A stretch of 64,000 nucleotides of DNA, from assembly GCA_946412245.1 (NCBI GenBank), contig CAMKGM010000005.1, forward strand, positions 2,447 through 66,446, given 5' to 3'. Source of the stretch: an uncultured Bacteroidales bacterium. Its GTDB lineage: Bacteria > Bacteroidota > Bacteroidia > Bacteroidales > Muribaculaceae. Shown here one piece after another: positions 45,328 to 56,015 of the stretch (positions are counted from its first letter, which is position 1; every line of letters starts with the position of its first letter). The notes beneath the pieces were generated by a model. The model did no database searches and was not told the origin of the DNA. It saw nothing but the letters and a program-made list of their open reading frames with translations. The position numbers were made by a program, and so were the translations under genes.

Positions 45328-46425
45328 ATGGCAGAAGAAATCAAAACAACTTGTCTACACGACAACCATGTGGCACTCGGTGCCCTGATGACTCCCTTTG
45401 CAGGATTTGATATGCCCATTCAGTACAAGGGCATCGTTGAGGAACACAACGCAGTGCGTACTAACGTGGGCGTGTTTGACGTCTCTCACATGGGCGAGGT
45501 GGCTGTTACCGGTCCCGAAGCCGAGAAATTTGTGAACTATATTTTCACCAACGACATCAAGGATGCCGAGATAGGCAAGGTGTTCTATGGCATGATGCTT
45601 TACCCCGACGGAGGTACCGTTGACGATCTGCTGGTCTACAAGATGGGTGAGAACGACTTCTTTCTGGTGATTAACGCCGCCAACATCGACAAGGATGTGG
45701 CTTGGATCAACGAGCAGGCAGCCAACTTCAACGTGAAAGTTGAGAACCAGAGCGACTACTACGCTCAGCTCGCCGTTCAGGGTCCCGAAAGCGAAAACAC
45801 CATCAAGAATGTGCTTGACCTGGATGGTAGCGACCTCACTTTCTACACTGTGAAGAAAGTGCAGTACGATGGCGAAACCATCATCTTGAGCCGCACCGGC
45901 TACACCGGCGAGGACGGATTCGAAATCTACGCAAGCCACAAGGCTATCGTGAAGATGTGGAACCTGCTCATGGACGCCGGCGTGCAGCCTTGCGGACTGG
46001 GTTGTCGCGACACCCTGCGTTTTGAGGTGGGTCTGCCCCTCTATGGCGATGAACTCACTGCCGAGATTTCGCCCATCATGGCCACATTGGGCATGTTTGT
46101 GAAACTCGACAAGGAAGGCGGCTTCATCGGTCGTGACGCCTGTGCACAGCAAAAGGCTGAAGGCAGCGCCAAGAAACTCGTGGGTCTCGAACTCCACGAC
46201 AAGGCCATTCCCCGCCACGGCTACGAAGTGCTCCAAGGCGACAACGTGGTGGGTTATGTGACCACCGGCTACCGTGGCATCTCGGTTGACAAGAGCCTTG
46301 CCTTTGCACTGGTCGACCGTGCAGCTGGTACACTGGGCAACGAACTGAGTGTGCGCATTCGCAAGAAAGTGTTCCCCGCAACTGTGGTGAAGAAACGCTT
46401 CTACACAACCAGCTACAAGAAATAA
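45328..46425 (+). CDS. gcvT: Glycine cleavage aminomethyltransferase T
   Basis: FAGFDMPIQY; FDVSHMGE; SRTGYTGEDGFE; CGLGCRDTLRFEVGLPLYG. Confidence 0.96.
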   Translation: MAEEIKTTCLHDNHVALGALMTPFAGFDMPIQYKGIVEEHNAVRTNVGVFDVSHMGEVAVTGPEAEKFVNYIFTNDIKDAEIGKVFYGMMLYPDGGTVDDLLVYKMGENDFFLVINAANIDKDVAWINEQAANFNVKVENQSDYYAQLAVQGPESENTIKNVLDLDGSDLTFYTVKKVQYDGETIILSRTGYTGEDGFEIYASHKAIVKMWNLLMDAGVQPCGLGCRDTLRFEVGLPLYGDELTAEISPIMATLGMFVKLDKEGGFIGRDACAQQKAEGSAKKLVGLELHDKAIPRHGYEVLQGDNVVGYVTTGYRGISVDKSLAFALVDRAAGTLGNELSVRIRKKVFPATVVKKRFYTTSYKK

Positions 46426-46468
46426 AAATCAATTAACATTATAATCACCTTTAAACAACTTAAAAACA

Positions 46469-46849
46469 ATGAGTAAGATTATCGACGGACTGTATTACAG
46501 TGAATCACACGAGTATGTGAAAGTAGATGGCGAATTTGGTTACATCGGCATTACCGACTACGCACAGCATGAGCTGGGTAACGTGGTCTATGTGGACATG
46601 CCCGAAGTTGACGATGAAGTTGCCGCCGGTGAAGAATTTGGCGCAGTCGAGAGTGTGAAAGCTGCCAGCGACCTCCTCAGCCCCGTGAGCGGTACTGTTG
46701 TTGAAGTGAACGAAGCCCTCGAAGACGAGCCAGGCCTCATCAACAAAGACGCTTTCGAGAACTGGATTATCAAGGTTGAACTCAGCGACAAGAGCGAACT
46801 CGATGGCTTGATGGATGCTGCTGCCTACAAGGCAATGATTGGCGAATAA
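46469..46849 (+). CDS. gcvH: Glycine cleavage H protein
   Basis: GITDYAQHELG; lipoyl motif VESVKAASD. Confidence 0.96.
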   Translation: MSKIIDGLYYSESHEYVKVDGEFGYIGITDYAQHELGNVVYVDMPEVDDEVAAGEEFGAVESVKAASDLLSPVSGTVVEVNEALEDEPGLINKDAFENWIIKVELSDKSELDGLMDAAAYKAMIGE

Positions 46850-46938
46850 TCAAAAACACAGTTACAGGCATTTTGCCTGGATGTGCTCATGCCATCAGGC
46901 AAAATGCTTGTCATTTACATTCTATCTACTTTTAAATT

Positions 46939-48309
46939 ATGGCATATAAATTTTTTCCGCATACCGACGATGACATTCGCTCGATGCTGAACACTTGTGG
47001 GGCCAAGTCGATTGACGACCTCTACAGCGATGTGCCCGACGAACTGGTCTTCAAGGAAGACTATGACCTGCCCGAGGCAATGAGCGAGATCGAGATTCGT
47101 CAGTATTTCGATTATCTTGGTGCCCAGAACAGCAAGCTCACCTGCTTCATGGGAGCCGGTTGCTACGACCACTATTCACCCTCGGTGGTGAACGATATCG
47201 TGCGCCGCAGCGAGTTCCTTACTTCCTACACCCCTTATCAGGCCGAGATTTCGCAAGGCACGCTGCAATACATCTTCGAGTATCAGAGCATGATGGCTGA
47301 ACTCACCGGCATGGAAGTGAGCAACGCGTCGATGTACGACGGTTGCACCGCTACCGCCGAGGCCATGATGATGGCTGTGGCTAACGCCAAGAAGCGCAAC
47401 AAAGTGCTCATCTCTGAAACTGTGAATCCCATCGTGATTCGCGTGGTCGAGACCTACGCCAAGTTCCATGGTGTAGTGGTCGAGAAAATCGCTGCCGAAG
47501 GCGGTGTGACAAGCCGTGCCGACTTCGAGGCTAAGATTGCTAAGGACGATGTGGCCGGTGTGATTGTCGCTACGCCCAACTTCTATGGCATTCTCGAAGA
47601 CTATACCGGCTGGGCCGACCTGTGCCACGAGCACAAGGCTCTGCTCATCATGAACTGCGTGGCAAGCGCACTGGGCGTGATCAAGACTCCCGCCGAGTGG
47701 GGTGCCGATGTGGCTGTGGGCGATGGCCAGAGTCTGGGTGTTCCCATGAACTTTGGCGGTCCCTATGTGGGCTTCCTGTGCACGAGCAAGAAACTCATCC
47801 GCAAGATGCCGGGCCGCATCGTGGGTGCTACCAAGGATGCCGATGGCAAGCGCACCTTTGTGCTTACTCTTCAGGCACGCGAGCAGCACATCCGCCGCGA
47901 GAAGGCTACCAGCAACATTTGCTCTAACGAGAGCCTCATGGCCCTGTATGTGACCATCTACATGTCGCTCATGGGCAAGAAAGGTCTGCGTGAGGTGAAC
48001 GAGCTGGGCTACAGCGGTGCTCACTATCTGGCCGAGAAACTGGTGAAATCGGGCAAGTTCGAACTGGCCTTCCCCGACAAGCCCTTCCTCAACGAGTTTG
48101 CTGTCAAGACCACTCAGGACATCGACATGCTCCAGACGATTGGCGCACTCGAGGGCTTCAATGTGGGTCTGAAGATTGCCGATGACACCATGCTCATTTG
48201 TGTGACCGAACAGCGCACCAAGGATGAGATTGATGACCTCGCCGACTTGCTCATCGATCCGCTTCCCGAAGAGGCTGAGAATGAAGAAAACAATAATGAA
48301 ACCGTATAA
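46939..48309 (+). CDS. gcvPA: Glycine dehydrogenase subunit 1
   Basis: YTPYQAEISQGTLQ; NASMYDG; GGPYVG; QAREQHIRREKATSNICSN. Confidence 0.95.
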   Translation: MAYKFFPHTDDDIRSMLNTCGAKSIDDLYSDVPDELVFKEDYDLPEAMSEIEIRQYFDYLGAQNSKLTCFMGAGCYDHYSPSVVNDIVRRSEFLTSYTPYQAEISQGTLQYIFEYQSMMAELTGMEVSNASMYDGCTATAEAMMMAVANAKKRNKVLISETVNPIVIRVVETYAKFHGVVVEKIAAEGGVTSRADFEAKIAKDDVAGVIVATPNFYGILEDYTGWADLCHEHKALLIMNCVASALGVIKTPAEWGADVAVGDGQSLGVPMNFGGPYVGFLCTSKKLIRKMPGRIVGATKDADGKRTFVLTLQAREQHIRREKATSNICSNESLMALYVTIYMSLMGKKGLREVNELGYSGAHYLAEKLVKSGKFELAFPDKPFLNEFAVKTTQDIDMLQTIGALEGFNVGLKIADDTMLICVTEQRTKDEIDDLADLLIDPLPEEAENEENNNETV

Positions 48310-48326
48310 AAAAGGAGGATTGAGTT

Positions 48327-49799
48327 ATGAACAACGTTTATTATGGAAAACTCATATTTGAGTTGTCGAAGGAAGGACGATGTGGTTACTCTCTTCCTGA
48401 AAATGAATGCGCTGACTACAAGATGGCCGACCTGCCCGCTAACTTGATGCGTGCCGAGGCTCCCGCGCTGCCCGAGGTTGACGAGCTCACCGTGGTGCGT
48501 CACTACACCAACATGAGCAACAATAACTTTGGCGTTGACACCGGTTTCTATCCCCTGGGTTCGTGTACAATGAAGTACAATCCCAAGATCAACGAGGACA
48601 TGGCGGCTCATCCCGCTTTCACCGGTCTGCACCCGTTGCAGCCTGCCGGAACAGTCGATGGCGCTTTGGAGGTTTACTACAACCTGCAGATGAGCCTTGC
48701 CGAACTGGCCGGTATGAGCGAATTCACGCTCAACCCCTTTGCCGGTGCTCACGGCGAGCTCACGGGTCTGATGATTATCCGCAGCTACCACATGGATCGT
48801 GGCGATGTGAAGCGCACCAAGATTATTGTGCCCGACAGTGCTCATGGCACCAACCCCGCCAGTGCTGCTGTGTGCGGCCTTGATGTGGTGGTAGTGAAGA
48901 GCCGTCCCGACGGCACCGTCGATGTGGAAGACCTCAAGCCGTTGCTCGACGACACCATTGCCGGTATGATGATGACCAACCCCAACACACTGGGTATCTT
49001 TGAGCACAACATTGCCGAGATTGCCAAGTTGGTGCATGAGGCCGGCGGTTTGATGTACTACGACGGCGCTAACCTGAACCCCATGCTGGGCAAGGTGCGT
49101 CCGGGTGACATCGGTTTCGATGTGATGCACATCAATCTGCACAAGACCTTCTCTACTCCTCACGGTGGTGGCGGTCCCGGTAGTGGCCCTGTGGGCGTGC
49201 GCAAAGGACTGGAGCAGTTCCTGCCCAATCCCCGCGTGATGAAGGACGACGTGGATCACTTCTATGTGGAGAACAACGACAAGTCGCTGGGCTTCATCTC
49301 AGGTTTCCTGGGCAACTTTGCCGTGATAATGCGTGCTTACACCTACATCCTGACGCTGGGTTACAACAACATCAAGAATGTGGGACCGCTCGCAACCCTT
49401 AATGCCAACTACATCAAGGAATCGCTCAAGGATTGCTACGAACTGCCCATTGGCGGTGTGTGCAAGCACGAGTTTGTGTTCGACGGTCTGAAGGACAAGT
49501 CAACCGGCGTCACCACGCTCGATGTGGCTAAGCGTCTGCTTGACTATGGCTTCCATTCACCCACAATCTACTTCCCGCTCCTGTTCCACGAGGCCTTGAT
49601 GATTGAGCCCACCGAGAACGAGAGCAAGGAGACCCTCGACGGCTTTATCGAGGTGATGAAGACCATTGCCCGCGAAGCCAAGGAAGATCCCGAGATGGTG
49701 AAGAGCGCTCCGCACAACACGCCCGTGCGTCGTCTCGACGACACGCAGGCTGCGCTGCACCCCATCGTGACCTATCGTGAATTGCAAGCCGAGGCTTAA
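48327..49799 (+). CDS. gcvPB: Glycine dehydrogenase subunit 2
   Basis: VVRHYTNMS; FYPLGSCTMKYNP; PLP motif NLHKTFSTPHGGGGPG; EPTE. Confidence 0.95.
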   Translation: MNNVYYGKLIFELSKEGRCGYSLPENECADYKMADLPANLMRAEAPALPEVDELTVVRHYTNMSNNNFGVDTGFYPLGSCTMKYNPKINEDMAAHPAFTGLHPLQPAGTVDGALEVYYNLQMSLAELAGMSEFTLNPFAGAHGELTGLMIIRSYHMDRGDVKRTKIIVPDSAHGTNPASAAVCGLDVVVVKSRPDGTVDVEDLKPLLDDTIAGMMMTNPNTLGIFEHNIAEIAKLVHEAGGLMYYDGANLNPMLGKVRPGDIGFDVMHINLHKTFSTPHGGGGPGSGPVGVRKGLEQFLPNPRVMKDDVDHFYVENNDKSLGFISGFLGNFAVIMRAYTYILTLGYNNIKNVGPLATLNANYIKESLKDCYELPIGGVCKHEFVFDGLKDKSTGVTTLDVAKRLLDYGFHSPTIYFPLLFHEALMIEPTENESKETLDGFIEVMKTIAREAKEDPEMVKSAPHNTPVRRLDDTQAALHPIVTYRELQAEA

Positions 49800-49882
49800 T
49801 CGGCATTATTAACCTATAACAAGAGCATAGGAATGCGAAGGCTCTGTCGTTCAGTTCCTGTGCTCTTTTTTTAAAAACGATT

Positions 49883-51223
49883 ATGAAATCAGATATTATC
49901 ATTATCGGAGCAGGTCCCGGCGGCTATGAGATGGCTGCCGAGGCGGCTCAATGCCAGTTGTCGGTTGTGCTCATCGAGAAGCGCGAACTGGGCGGCACCT
50001 GCTTGAACCGCGGTTGCATCCCCACCAAGGCGCTGTGCCGCAATGCCGAGTTGTTCAACAACATGAAGGAGAGCGAGGCTTTTGGCATCACTGCCGAGAA
50101 TGTCAAGGTTGACTATGCTGCCGTCTTCGCCCGCAAGAATGAGGTGGTGAAGCAGTTGCGCGATGGCGTGGCTATGCTCATGAACAATCCGCTCATTACT
50201 GTGGTGAATGGCGAGGCCCGTTTCAAGGACGCTCACACCGTGATGGTGGGCGATGAGGAATACGCTGCTACCAATGTGGTGATTGCTACGGGTTCGGCTC
50301 CCAAGGGTTTGCCCATTGAGGGTGCTGACCTGGCGATGACGAGCGACGACATTCTGGCCATGGACACATTGCCCCAGAGCCTGTGCATTGTGGGCGGTGG
50401 CGTGATTGGCATGGAGTTCGCAGCCATCTTCAACAGTTTTGGCGTTGAGGTGAGTGTGGTGGAATACTGCAAGGAGATTCTGCCGCCATTCGACAAGGAT
50501 GTGGCAAAACGCCTCCGTACCGTGCTTGGCAAGCGTGGCATCAAGATTGTGACGGGGGCCGGTGTGCAGAAGATTGCCAGGACCGACGGCGGTCTGGAAG
50601 TGACCTACGAGAGCAAAGGCAAGCAGCAAAACATTGTGTGCGAGAAAGTGCTCATGTCGGTAGGTCGTCAGCCTGTGCTGCCCGAGGGACTCGATGCCAT
50701 CGGTGTGACGGTGGGCCGTCGTGGCATTGAAGTGAATGCCGAAATGGAAACCAGCGTGAGCGGCGTCTATGCCATTGGCGATGTGAACGGGCTGTGTATG
50801 CTAGCCCATGCCGCTACTGCTCAGGGTGAAGTTGCCCTCAACTCCATCATGGGCGAGAATCATCGCATCAGGCTCGATGTGGTGCCCAGTGCAGTGTTCA
50901 CTACACCCGAACTCTCGATGGTGGGACTCACCGAGGAGCAGTGCGAGGCACAAGGTCTTGAGGTGGTGGTGAAGAAAGGCTTCTTCCGCAGCAATGGCAA
51001 GGCAGTGTCGATGGGTGAGACCGATGGTCTTATCAAGATGATTATCGATGCCAAGACCCGCAAGATTCTGGGTTGCCACATTTGTGGTGCTCATGCTGCC
51101 GACCTCATTCAAGAGGTGGTGATGGCTATCAATGCCGATGTCACCGTCGATGTGCTAGCCCGTTCCATCCACGGACACCCCACACTCAGCGAGGTTGTCC
51201 TCACGGTTGCCCGCCAGTTCTAA
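49883..51223 (+). CDS. lpdA: Dihydrolipoyl dehydrogenase (GCS L protein)
   Basis: GAGPGGY; GGTCLNRGCIPTK redox motif; HGHPTLSE. Confidence 0.95.
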   Translation: MKSDIIIIGAGPGGYEMAAEAAQCQLSVVLIEKRELGGTCLNRGCIPTKALCRNAELFNNMKESEAFGITAENVKVDYAAVFARKNEVVKQLRDGVAMLMNNPLITVVNGEARFKDAHTVMVGDEEYAATNVVIATGSAPKGLPIEGADLAMTSDDILAMDTLPQSLCIVGGGVIGMEFAAIFNSFGVEVSVVEYCKEILPPFDKDVAKRLRTVLGKRGIKIVTGAGVQKIARTDGGLEVTYESKGKQQNIVCEKVLMSVGRQPVLPEGLDAIGVTVGRRGIEVNAEMETSVSGVYAIGDVNGLCMLAHAATAQGEVALNSIMGENHRIRLDVVPSAVFTTPELSMVGLTEEQCEAQGLEVVVKKGFFRSNGKAVSMGETDGLIKMIIDAKTRKILGCHICGAHAADLIQEVVMAINADVTVDVLARSIHGHPTLSEVVLTVARQF

Positions 51224-51280
51224 CCTTATCCGCTTAGGAACTGCAAATTAGACTTGAGCGGTTAGAACTGCTTATAATAC

Positions 51281-51320
51281 AAGATGCTGTGACCCAACCC
51301 TGTGTCACAGCATCTTTTTT
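51281..51320. terminator. Probably bidirectional terminator between convergent lpdA and 51336..52325
   Basis: aagatgctgtgac ... gtcacagcatctt followed by a T tract. Confidence 0.85.
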
Positions 51321-51335
51321 AACCCGATTCGGGTT

Positions 51336-52325
51336 TTAATCAATATAGCTGATGGCCTCGTCGAGCAGTCCCTTGACAAATTCGTCATCGGTGAGTTTCT
51401 GTAACTGCCTGAGCTGCTTGATGCACAGTTTCTCCTCGTTTTCGGTGAGTTCGGCATCGTCGGCATGCTTGCAGAGTTTGAGCAACTCGGTAGCATACAT
51501 GGCGCATTTCTTGGGTGAGGTCTTGGCCTTCTCTCTAAATGAGTTGCAAAGCATCCCAAAGTCGGTGAGCCAGTTATCGTTGTCGTCATAGTCATGCTTG
51601 CTGCCGCTCGAACTGAAACTGAAACTGTAGTTGCCGTTCAGCCCTTTGCCCAATGCCTTGAGCTTCTTGAGGTCTTTCGACATGTTGATGAGGCTGTCGA
51701 TGTGCAGCGAGTAATCGCCCAAATCGCCCAAATCCCCAAGGCCACTCAGGCCATCGCTACTCAAGGTGAACACCCTTCCCTGCCGCTTGGCGGGTTGCGT
51801 TTCTCCTGGTTTCATGCCATAGATGCAGTAGACTTTGCCCACATAGTAGTTGTCTTGCTCCTGCTTCCACTCCACGGCATAGCTGGTGCGGTAGTCTTCC
51901 TGTTTCGGGTCCTTGAAGCAATAGACCTTGAAGTTCATTGTGTTGTCGGCTCCAATCAGTTCATAGTCGTGCTCGCCCGGACCATAGGCAATGGCGTAGG
52001 TCACACCCTGGCTTCCGGCTTGTCCCGATGCGTTGTGATAGGCCTCGTTTCGGTCCTCGTCCATGGCATCGATAATGTTGCGAATGAATTGGAACTCGTG
52101 GCTGTCGAGATGGAACTCGACCACCGAGCATGAGCCAGTCTTGCTCCCGGTCGCCTTGTCGCGATAGTTCACATTTTTGCTCATGGTTATCATGTTGTGT
52201 TCGGTGGCAATGGCGCTTGAAAACTCGGCAAATGCCTCGATCACATGCTCTTGTGCACGGGCTCCTGCTCCCAATGCCATCATGATGCCGATAACCGCTG
52301 TGATTCTAAAAATGGAGTGTTTCAT
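51336..52325 (-). CDS. Secreted/periplasmic hypothetical protein (DUF5024-like) in the ECF cluster
   Basis: Signal peptide ending AGARA; third gene of the sigma/anti-sigma operon. The family name is tentative. Confidence 0.6.
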   Translation of the reverse strand: MKHSIFRITAVIGIMMALGAGARAQEHVIEAFAEFSSAIATEHNMITMSKNVNYRDKATGSKTGSCSVVEFHLDSHEFQFIRNIIDAMDEDRNEAYHNASGQAGSQGVTYAIAYGPGEHDYELIGADNTMNFKVYCFKDPKQEDYRTSYAVEWKQEQDNYYVGKVYCIYGMKPGETQPAKRQGRVFTLSSDGLSGLGDLGDLGDYSLHIDSLINMSKDLKKLKALGKGLNGNYSFSFSSSGSKHDYDDNDNWLTDFGMLCNSFREKAKTSPKKCAMYATELLKLCKHADDAELTENEEKLCIKQLRQLQKLTDDEFVKGLLDEAISYID

Positions 52326-52355
52326 ATCAGTTTGTGTTTAGTTATTTCTTGATGA

Positions 52356-53054
52356 TTATTTGAATACCACCATCGTGGCTTGTGGCTGGTTGTTGTAATA
52401 GTTCATCGCGTCGCGGGTCGATGCTAAGCGTGCGCGTGTTTCCATTTGCTCCCGTCGCATTTGCTCCCGTTCCTGTTCCATGATGATGCGGTCGGCCAGC
52501 AATTCTTGCTGGGCAAGTTCCATTTCACCTTGCTTGCGTGTGATCTCAATGCTGTCTTGCTTGCGTTGTGCATCGTCGTGCGCTGGGGCTTTAGGCCTGG
52601 TGAGTTGCCCTTGGTTTACTTGCTTGGTGGTCTTGTGCTCAGCTACGAGCTCCTTGACTGGTTCCGCATGGGGTAGGGGCGTCCTCGTAGTGTCAGTGTT
52701 CTGCACGGGGTTGCTTTTAGGAGTGTTACTGGCATATTGCGGTGCCTTCTGGACCGAGGGCTGACCGTCGAGGATGTAGAAGACCGTGATTGCCCCGACA
52801 AGCAGGACCGCTGCTGCCGCTGCTGCGCGCCACCACCAGTGGCGTTTCGCTATCGGCACCTTGACGCTGGCGACTGACTCCTCAATGGGCATGCCGGCAT
52901 CGAAGTAGGCAAACATGTCCTGCAGTGGCTTCCATTCGTCGCTCACCTCGTGCGTGGCGAAGTATTGGGCAAGTTCCTGCTCTTCGGCAAGCGTGCTTTG
53001 CCCCTCCATAAAACGCTCGATGAGCTGGCTGATGTGTGCATGAGTTGTTTCCAT
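52356..53054 (-). CDS. Putative membrane anti-sigma factor
   Basis: LIERFMEGQSTLAEEQELAQYF...MFAYF N-terminal motif, then a TM helix; start moved to METTH (ATG 53054), 7 nt after the sigma stop. Confidence 0.75.
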   Translation of the reverse strand: METTHAHISQLIERFMEGQSTLAEEQELAQYFATHEVSDEWKPLQDMFAYFDAGMPIEESVASVKVPIAKRHWWWRAAAAAAVLLVGAITVFYILDGQPSVQKAPQYASNTPKSNPVQNTDTTRTPLPHAEPVKELVAEHKTTKQVNQGQLTRPKAPAHDDAQRKQDSIEITRKQGEMELAQQELLADRIIMEQEREQMRREQMETRARLASTRDAMNYYNNQPQATMVVFK

Positions 53055-53061
53055 CCTTTTC

Positions 53062-53559
53062 TCACATTCTTTTCTTGTATTCTTCAAATAACGATTTGCG
53101 GGCTCTTGCTATGAGCGACCGGGCCGATGTCTCGGCGATGCCCAGCAAGCTGGCAATCTCTTGATAGGTTCGGTGTTCCACTTGCCGCATCATCAGCACA
53201 CTGTGCTGTCGCGTGGGCAACGTCTGTAGGCGTTGCGTCAGCCATTGGTCATTCTCGATTTCCTCGAGTTGTTCAAGGGGGGATGTGGAGTTGGAAACCC
53301 GATAGGCTTCAACATTGAGTGGAGCAAACCGCTTCTTGCGGTGATTGTCGGTGGCAAGATGCCGTGCCATCACTATCACAAGACTGTCGAGTGACCGGTA
53401 GCGGTCAAGGTCTTCGCGCATCATCCACAATTTGAGCATCACATCTTGCGCCAGGTCTTCGGCCTGTGACTCATCAACCCCAAATGTCAAGGCTGTGGTG
53501 CGGGCTTTTTCGCGCAAATTGGGTGCTATGTGTTTGAATGTCGCTTCAGTCATCGTCAC
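53062..53559 (-). CDS. ECF-family RNA polymerase sigma factor
   Basis: Region 2 AEDLAQDVMLKLW; region 4 YQEIASLLGIAETSARSLIARARK. Confidence 0.92.
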   Translation of the reverse strand: MTMTEATFKHIAPNLREKARTTALTFGVDESQAEDLAQDVMLKLWMMREDLDRYRSLDSLVIVMARHLATDNHRKKRFAPLNVEAYRVSNSTSPLEQLEEIENDQWLTQRLQTLPTRQHSVLMMRQVEHRTYQEIASLLGIAETSARSLIARARKSLFEEYKKRM

Positions 53560-53783
53560 TTTTTATCGCTTGCCATCACGCTGGGGTGCAATAAGGCAAG
53601 CGCTGTTTATCATAAAGACGAACAGCGCCGTTTTTTGTTGCCACCCTTTAACCTTTTTTATAAAAATGTGGCAGTGTTATACAAAACACCCCCTCCTTTA
53701 CCTGTTCATGCGCTGAATGTTAAAATTAGATAATGATTGCCACGATTTCTGGCATTGTTCGTCTTCAATAAAAAACGCAGAAC

Positions 53784-55994
53784 ATGAAAAAGACTTTCAC
53801 AGCAACAATAGCGGCTATAATTTCGCTTGTAGGGAATGCCCAGGAACCAGTTGATACCACAACCGTCGAACCAGCTGATACAACGGCATGGAACCTCTTG
53901 CTCGATGGTGTAACCGTAAAAGCTCAACAGCAGCTCGTGAAGCAAGAGATTGACCGCACAACCTATGATGTGCAGGCTGATGACGACTCCAAAACGCAAA
54001 CAGTGATGGATATGCTCCGAAAGGTGCCAATGGTAACCGTCGATGGCGAGGATAATATTCTTGTCAAGGGCAACAAGAATTTTAAAATCTACAAGAATGG
54101 TCATCTTGACCCGAGCTTAACTAAAAATGCCAAGGATATATTGAAAGCCATGCCCGCCTCGTCGATTAAGCGAATAGAGGTAATCACCGATCCGGGAGCG
54201 CGTGAGGATGCAGAAGGTGTAAATGCCATCTTGAACATTGTGATGATGGATACCAAGCGCATGCAGGGCATCACAGGATCGGTGAGTGCATCGTACAGCA
54301 CCTTGAATTATCCGTCGCTCAGCACCTACCTGGCAGCACAGTTCGGTAAATTCATCATCAGTTTTGACTATGGTAGTAATTATATGTCGAAACGTGCCAC
54401 AAGGAATGATGTAAGTGCTGAGCGCACATTTGTGAATACGGGGAATACGCAGCTGGTTAGAAGTCGTACAGAGAATCCGGGTCATGTGCATTATGCTGAT
54501 ATTAACGCCAGTTACGACATTGACTCGCTCAATCTACTGTCGGCATCGTTCGGAGGTTATTTCTACAGTGTGGATGTTCAAGGAGGTGGCACCATTTCGA
54601 TGATAGGCCCTGATGACAACTGTCTATCGCGATATGACGAGCACTTCTGGATGCCCAGCTACAGTCACCACTCCTGGAACGGTAGACTGGACTATGAACA
54701 CAAGATGCGTCGCAGGGGCGAAAAGTTCACACTGTCGTATATGCTCGCTCTCACACGGCAGCACACCGAGCAAGAGACCAACTACACCAACACGCAAGAC
54801 TTCGCTTATAACTATACGGGCTTTTTGGAGAATGAGCGGGAGCGTTTCACTGAGCACACTTTCCAGTTCGACTATGTGCGTCCCTTGTGGGAAGGTCATA
54901 AACTGGAAGTGGGTGCCAAATATATTGACCGTATCAACAGCAGTGTGACTTCACAGGAATTCTATGACGATACTCACACTACCACCAGTGATGATTTCAG
55001 CCACACCATGCGCATTGCAGCTCTTTATGCCGACTATATGTGGAGCCATGAAAACTGGAGTGCCCGTGCTGGGGTGCGCTACGAGTATAGTTACATGAAA
55101 GGTCATTATCGCGATGGCAAGAGTGCAGACTTTGACAAGCATCTGAACGATTGGGTGCCCCAAGCCAGCTTGAAGTATCAGATTGATGAGCGTCAGTCGT
55201 TAAAGCTGGTCTATACAACCAGCATAAACCGCCCTGGTATCATTTATCTAAATCCTGCAGTCCATAGTTTTCCTGCTGCTGAGCAGTTTGGCAATGCTCG
55301 TTTGGGAAGTGTGCGAAGTCAGTCGATAGGTTTGCCCTATATGTACACAGGGCAGCGTCTCACCGTTCAAATCTGGCCTCAGTATCTCAGGGTCAACAAT
55401 GCTATTGGAAAGATTGTTTATGCCAAGGGCGATGTTCGCTACCAGACTTTTGGAAATGTTATACGACAGAACCGGTGGCAAATTGAAGGTTATGTCCAGT
55501 GGAAGCCGTTCGACAGCACCACACTGGTTGCAAATCTCAATTTCTCGCACAATCATTTCATTTCTTCTGAACAGGGATTGGTCCAGGACTGTAATTGCTT
55601 CTATTACTACTGCAACCTGTCACAAAAGTTACCCTGGCGACTCAAGGCAACTGCCTATACCTTTGGCATGATAGGTCACTCAAGTGATGACATCTATACT
55701 TATGCCGGGCCATATTTCCGATATGGTTTCAGTCTGCAGCGTTCTTTCCTGAAGGATGACCGCCTCACGGTGCGACTGAGTGCAACAGCGCCTTTTAATA
55801 AGCAGCTAAACTACACGACTTGCACCACGCAAGGCGATGTGGTAGGTAAGGCCGACTATATTAATACTCAAAACAATCGTTCGTTCCAACTAACTGTCTC
55901 GTTTCGTTTCGGTTCTCTCAAGAACAAGGTCAAGAAGACTGATACCACCATCGAGAACGATGATGTGCAAGGTGGCATCAGCCGCACCAAGTAA
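53784..55994 (+). CDS. TonB-dependent-receptor-like outer-membrane beta-barrel protein
   Basis: Signal peptide; plug-like DMLRKVPMVTVD...IEVITDPGAREDAEG...ILNIV; alternating beta-strand pattern; INRPG...LNP; C-terminal VSFRFG. Confidence 0.85.
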   Translation: MKKTFTATIAAIISLVGNAQEPVDTTTVEPADTTAWNLLLDGVTVKAQQQLVKQEIDRTTYDVQADDDSKTQTVMDMLRKVPMVTVDGEDNILVKGNKNFKIYKNGHLDPSLTKNAKDILKAMPASSIKRIEVITDPGAREDAEGVNAILNIVMMDTKRMQGITGSVSASYSTLNYPSLSTYLAAQFGKFIISFDYGSNYMSKRATRNDVSAERTFVNTGNTQLVRSRTENPGHVHYADINASYDIDSLNLLSASFGGYFYSVDVQGGGTISMIGPDDNCLSRYDEHFWMPSYSHHSWNGRLDYEHKMRRRGEKFTLSYMLALTRQHTEQETNYTNTQDFAYNYTGFLENERERFTEHTFQFDYVRPLWEGHKLEVGAKYIDRINSSVTSQEFYDDTHTTTSDDFSHTMRIAALYADYMWSHENWSARAGVRYEYSYMKGHYRDGKSADFDKHLNDWVPQASLKYQIDERQSLKLVYTTSINRPGIIYLNPAVHSFPAAEQFGNARLGSVRSQSIGLPYMYTGQRLTVQIWPQYLRVNNAIGKIVYAKGDVRYQTFGNVIRQNRWQIEGYVQWKPFDSTTLVANLNFSHNHFISSEQGLVQDCNCFYYYCNLSQKLPWRLKATAYTFGMIGHSSDDIYTYAGPYFRYGFSLQRSFLKDDRLTVRLSATAPFNKQLNYTTCTTQGDVVGKADYINTQNNRSFQLTVSFRFGSLKNKVKKTDTTIENDDVQGGISRTK

Positions 55995-56015
55995 TTACCT
56001 GGCAATGCGTTGTTA

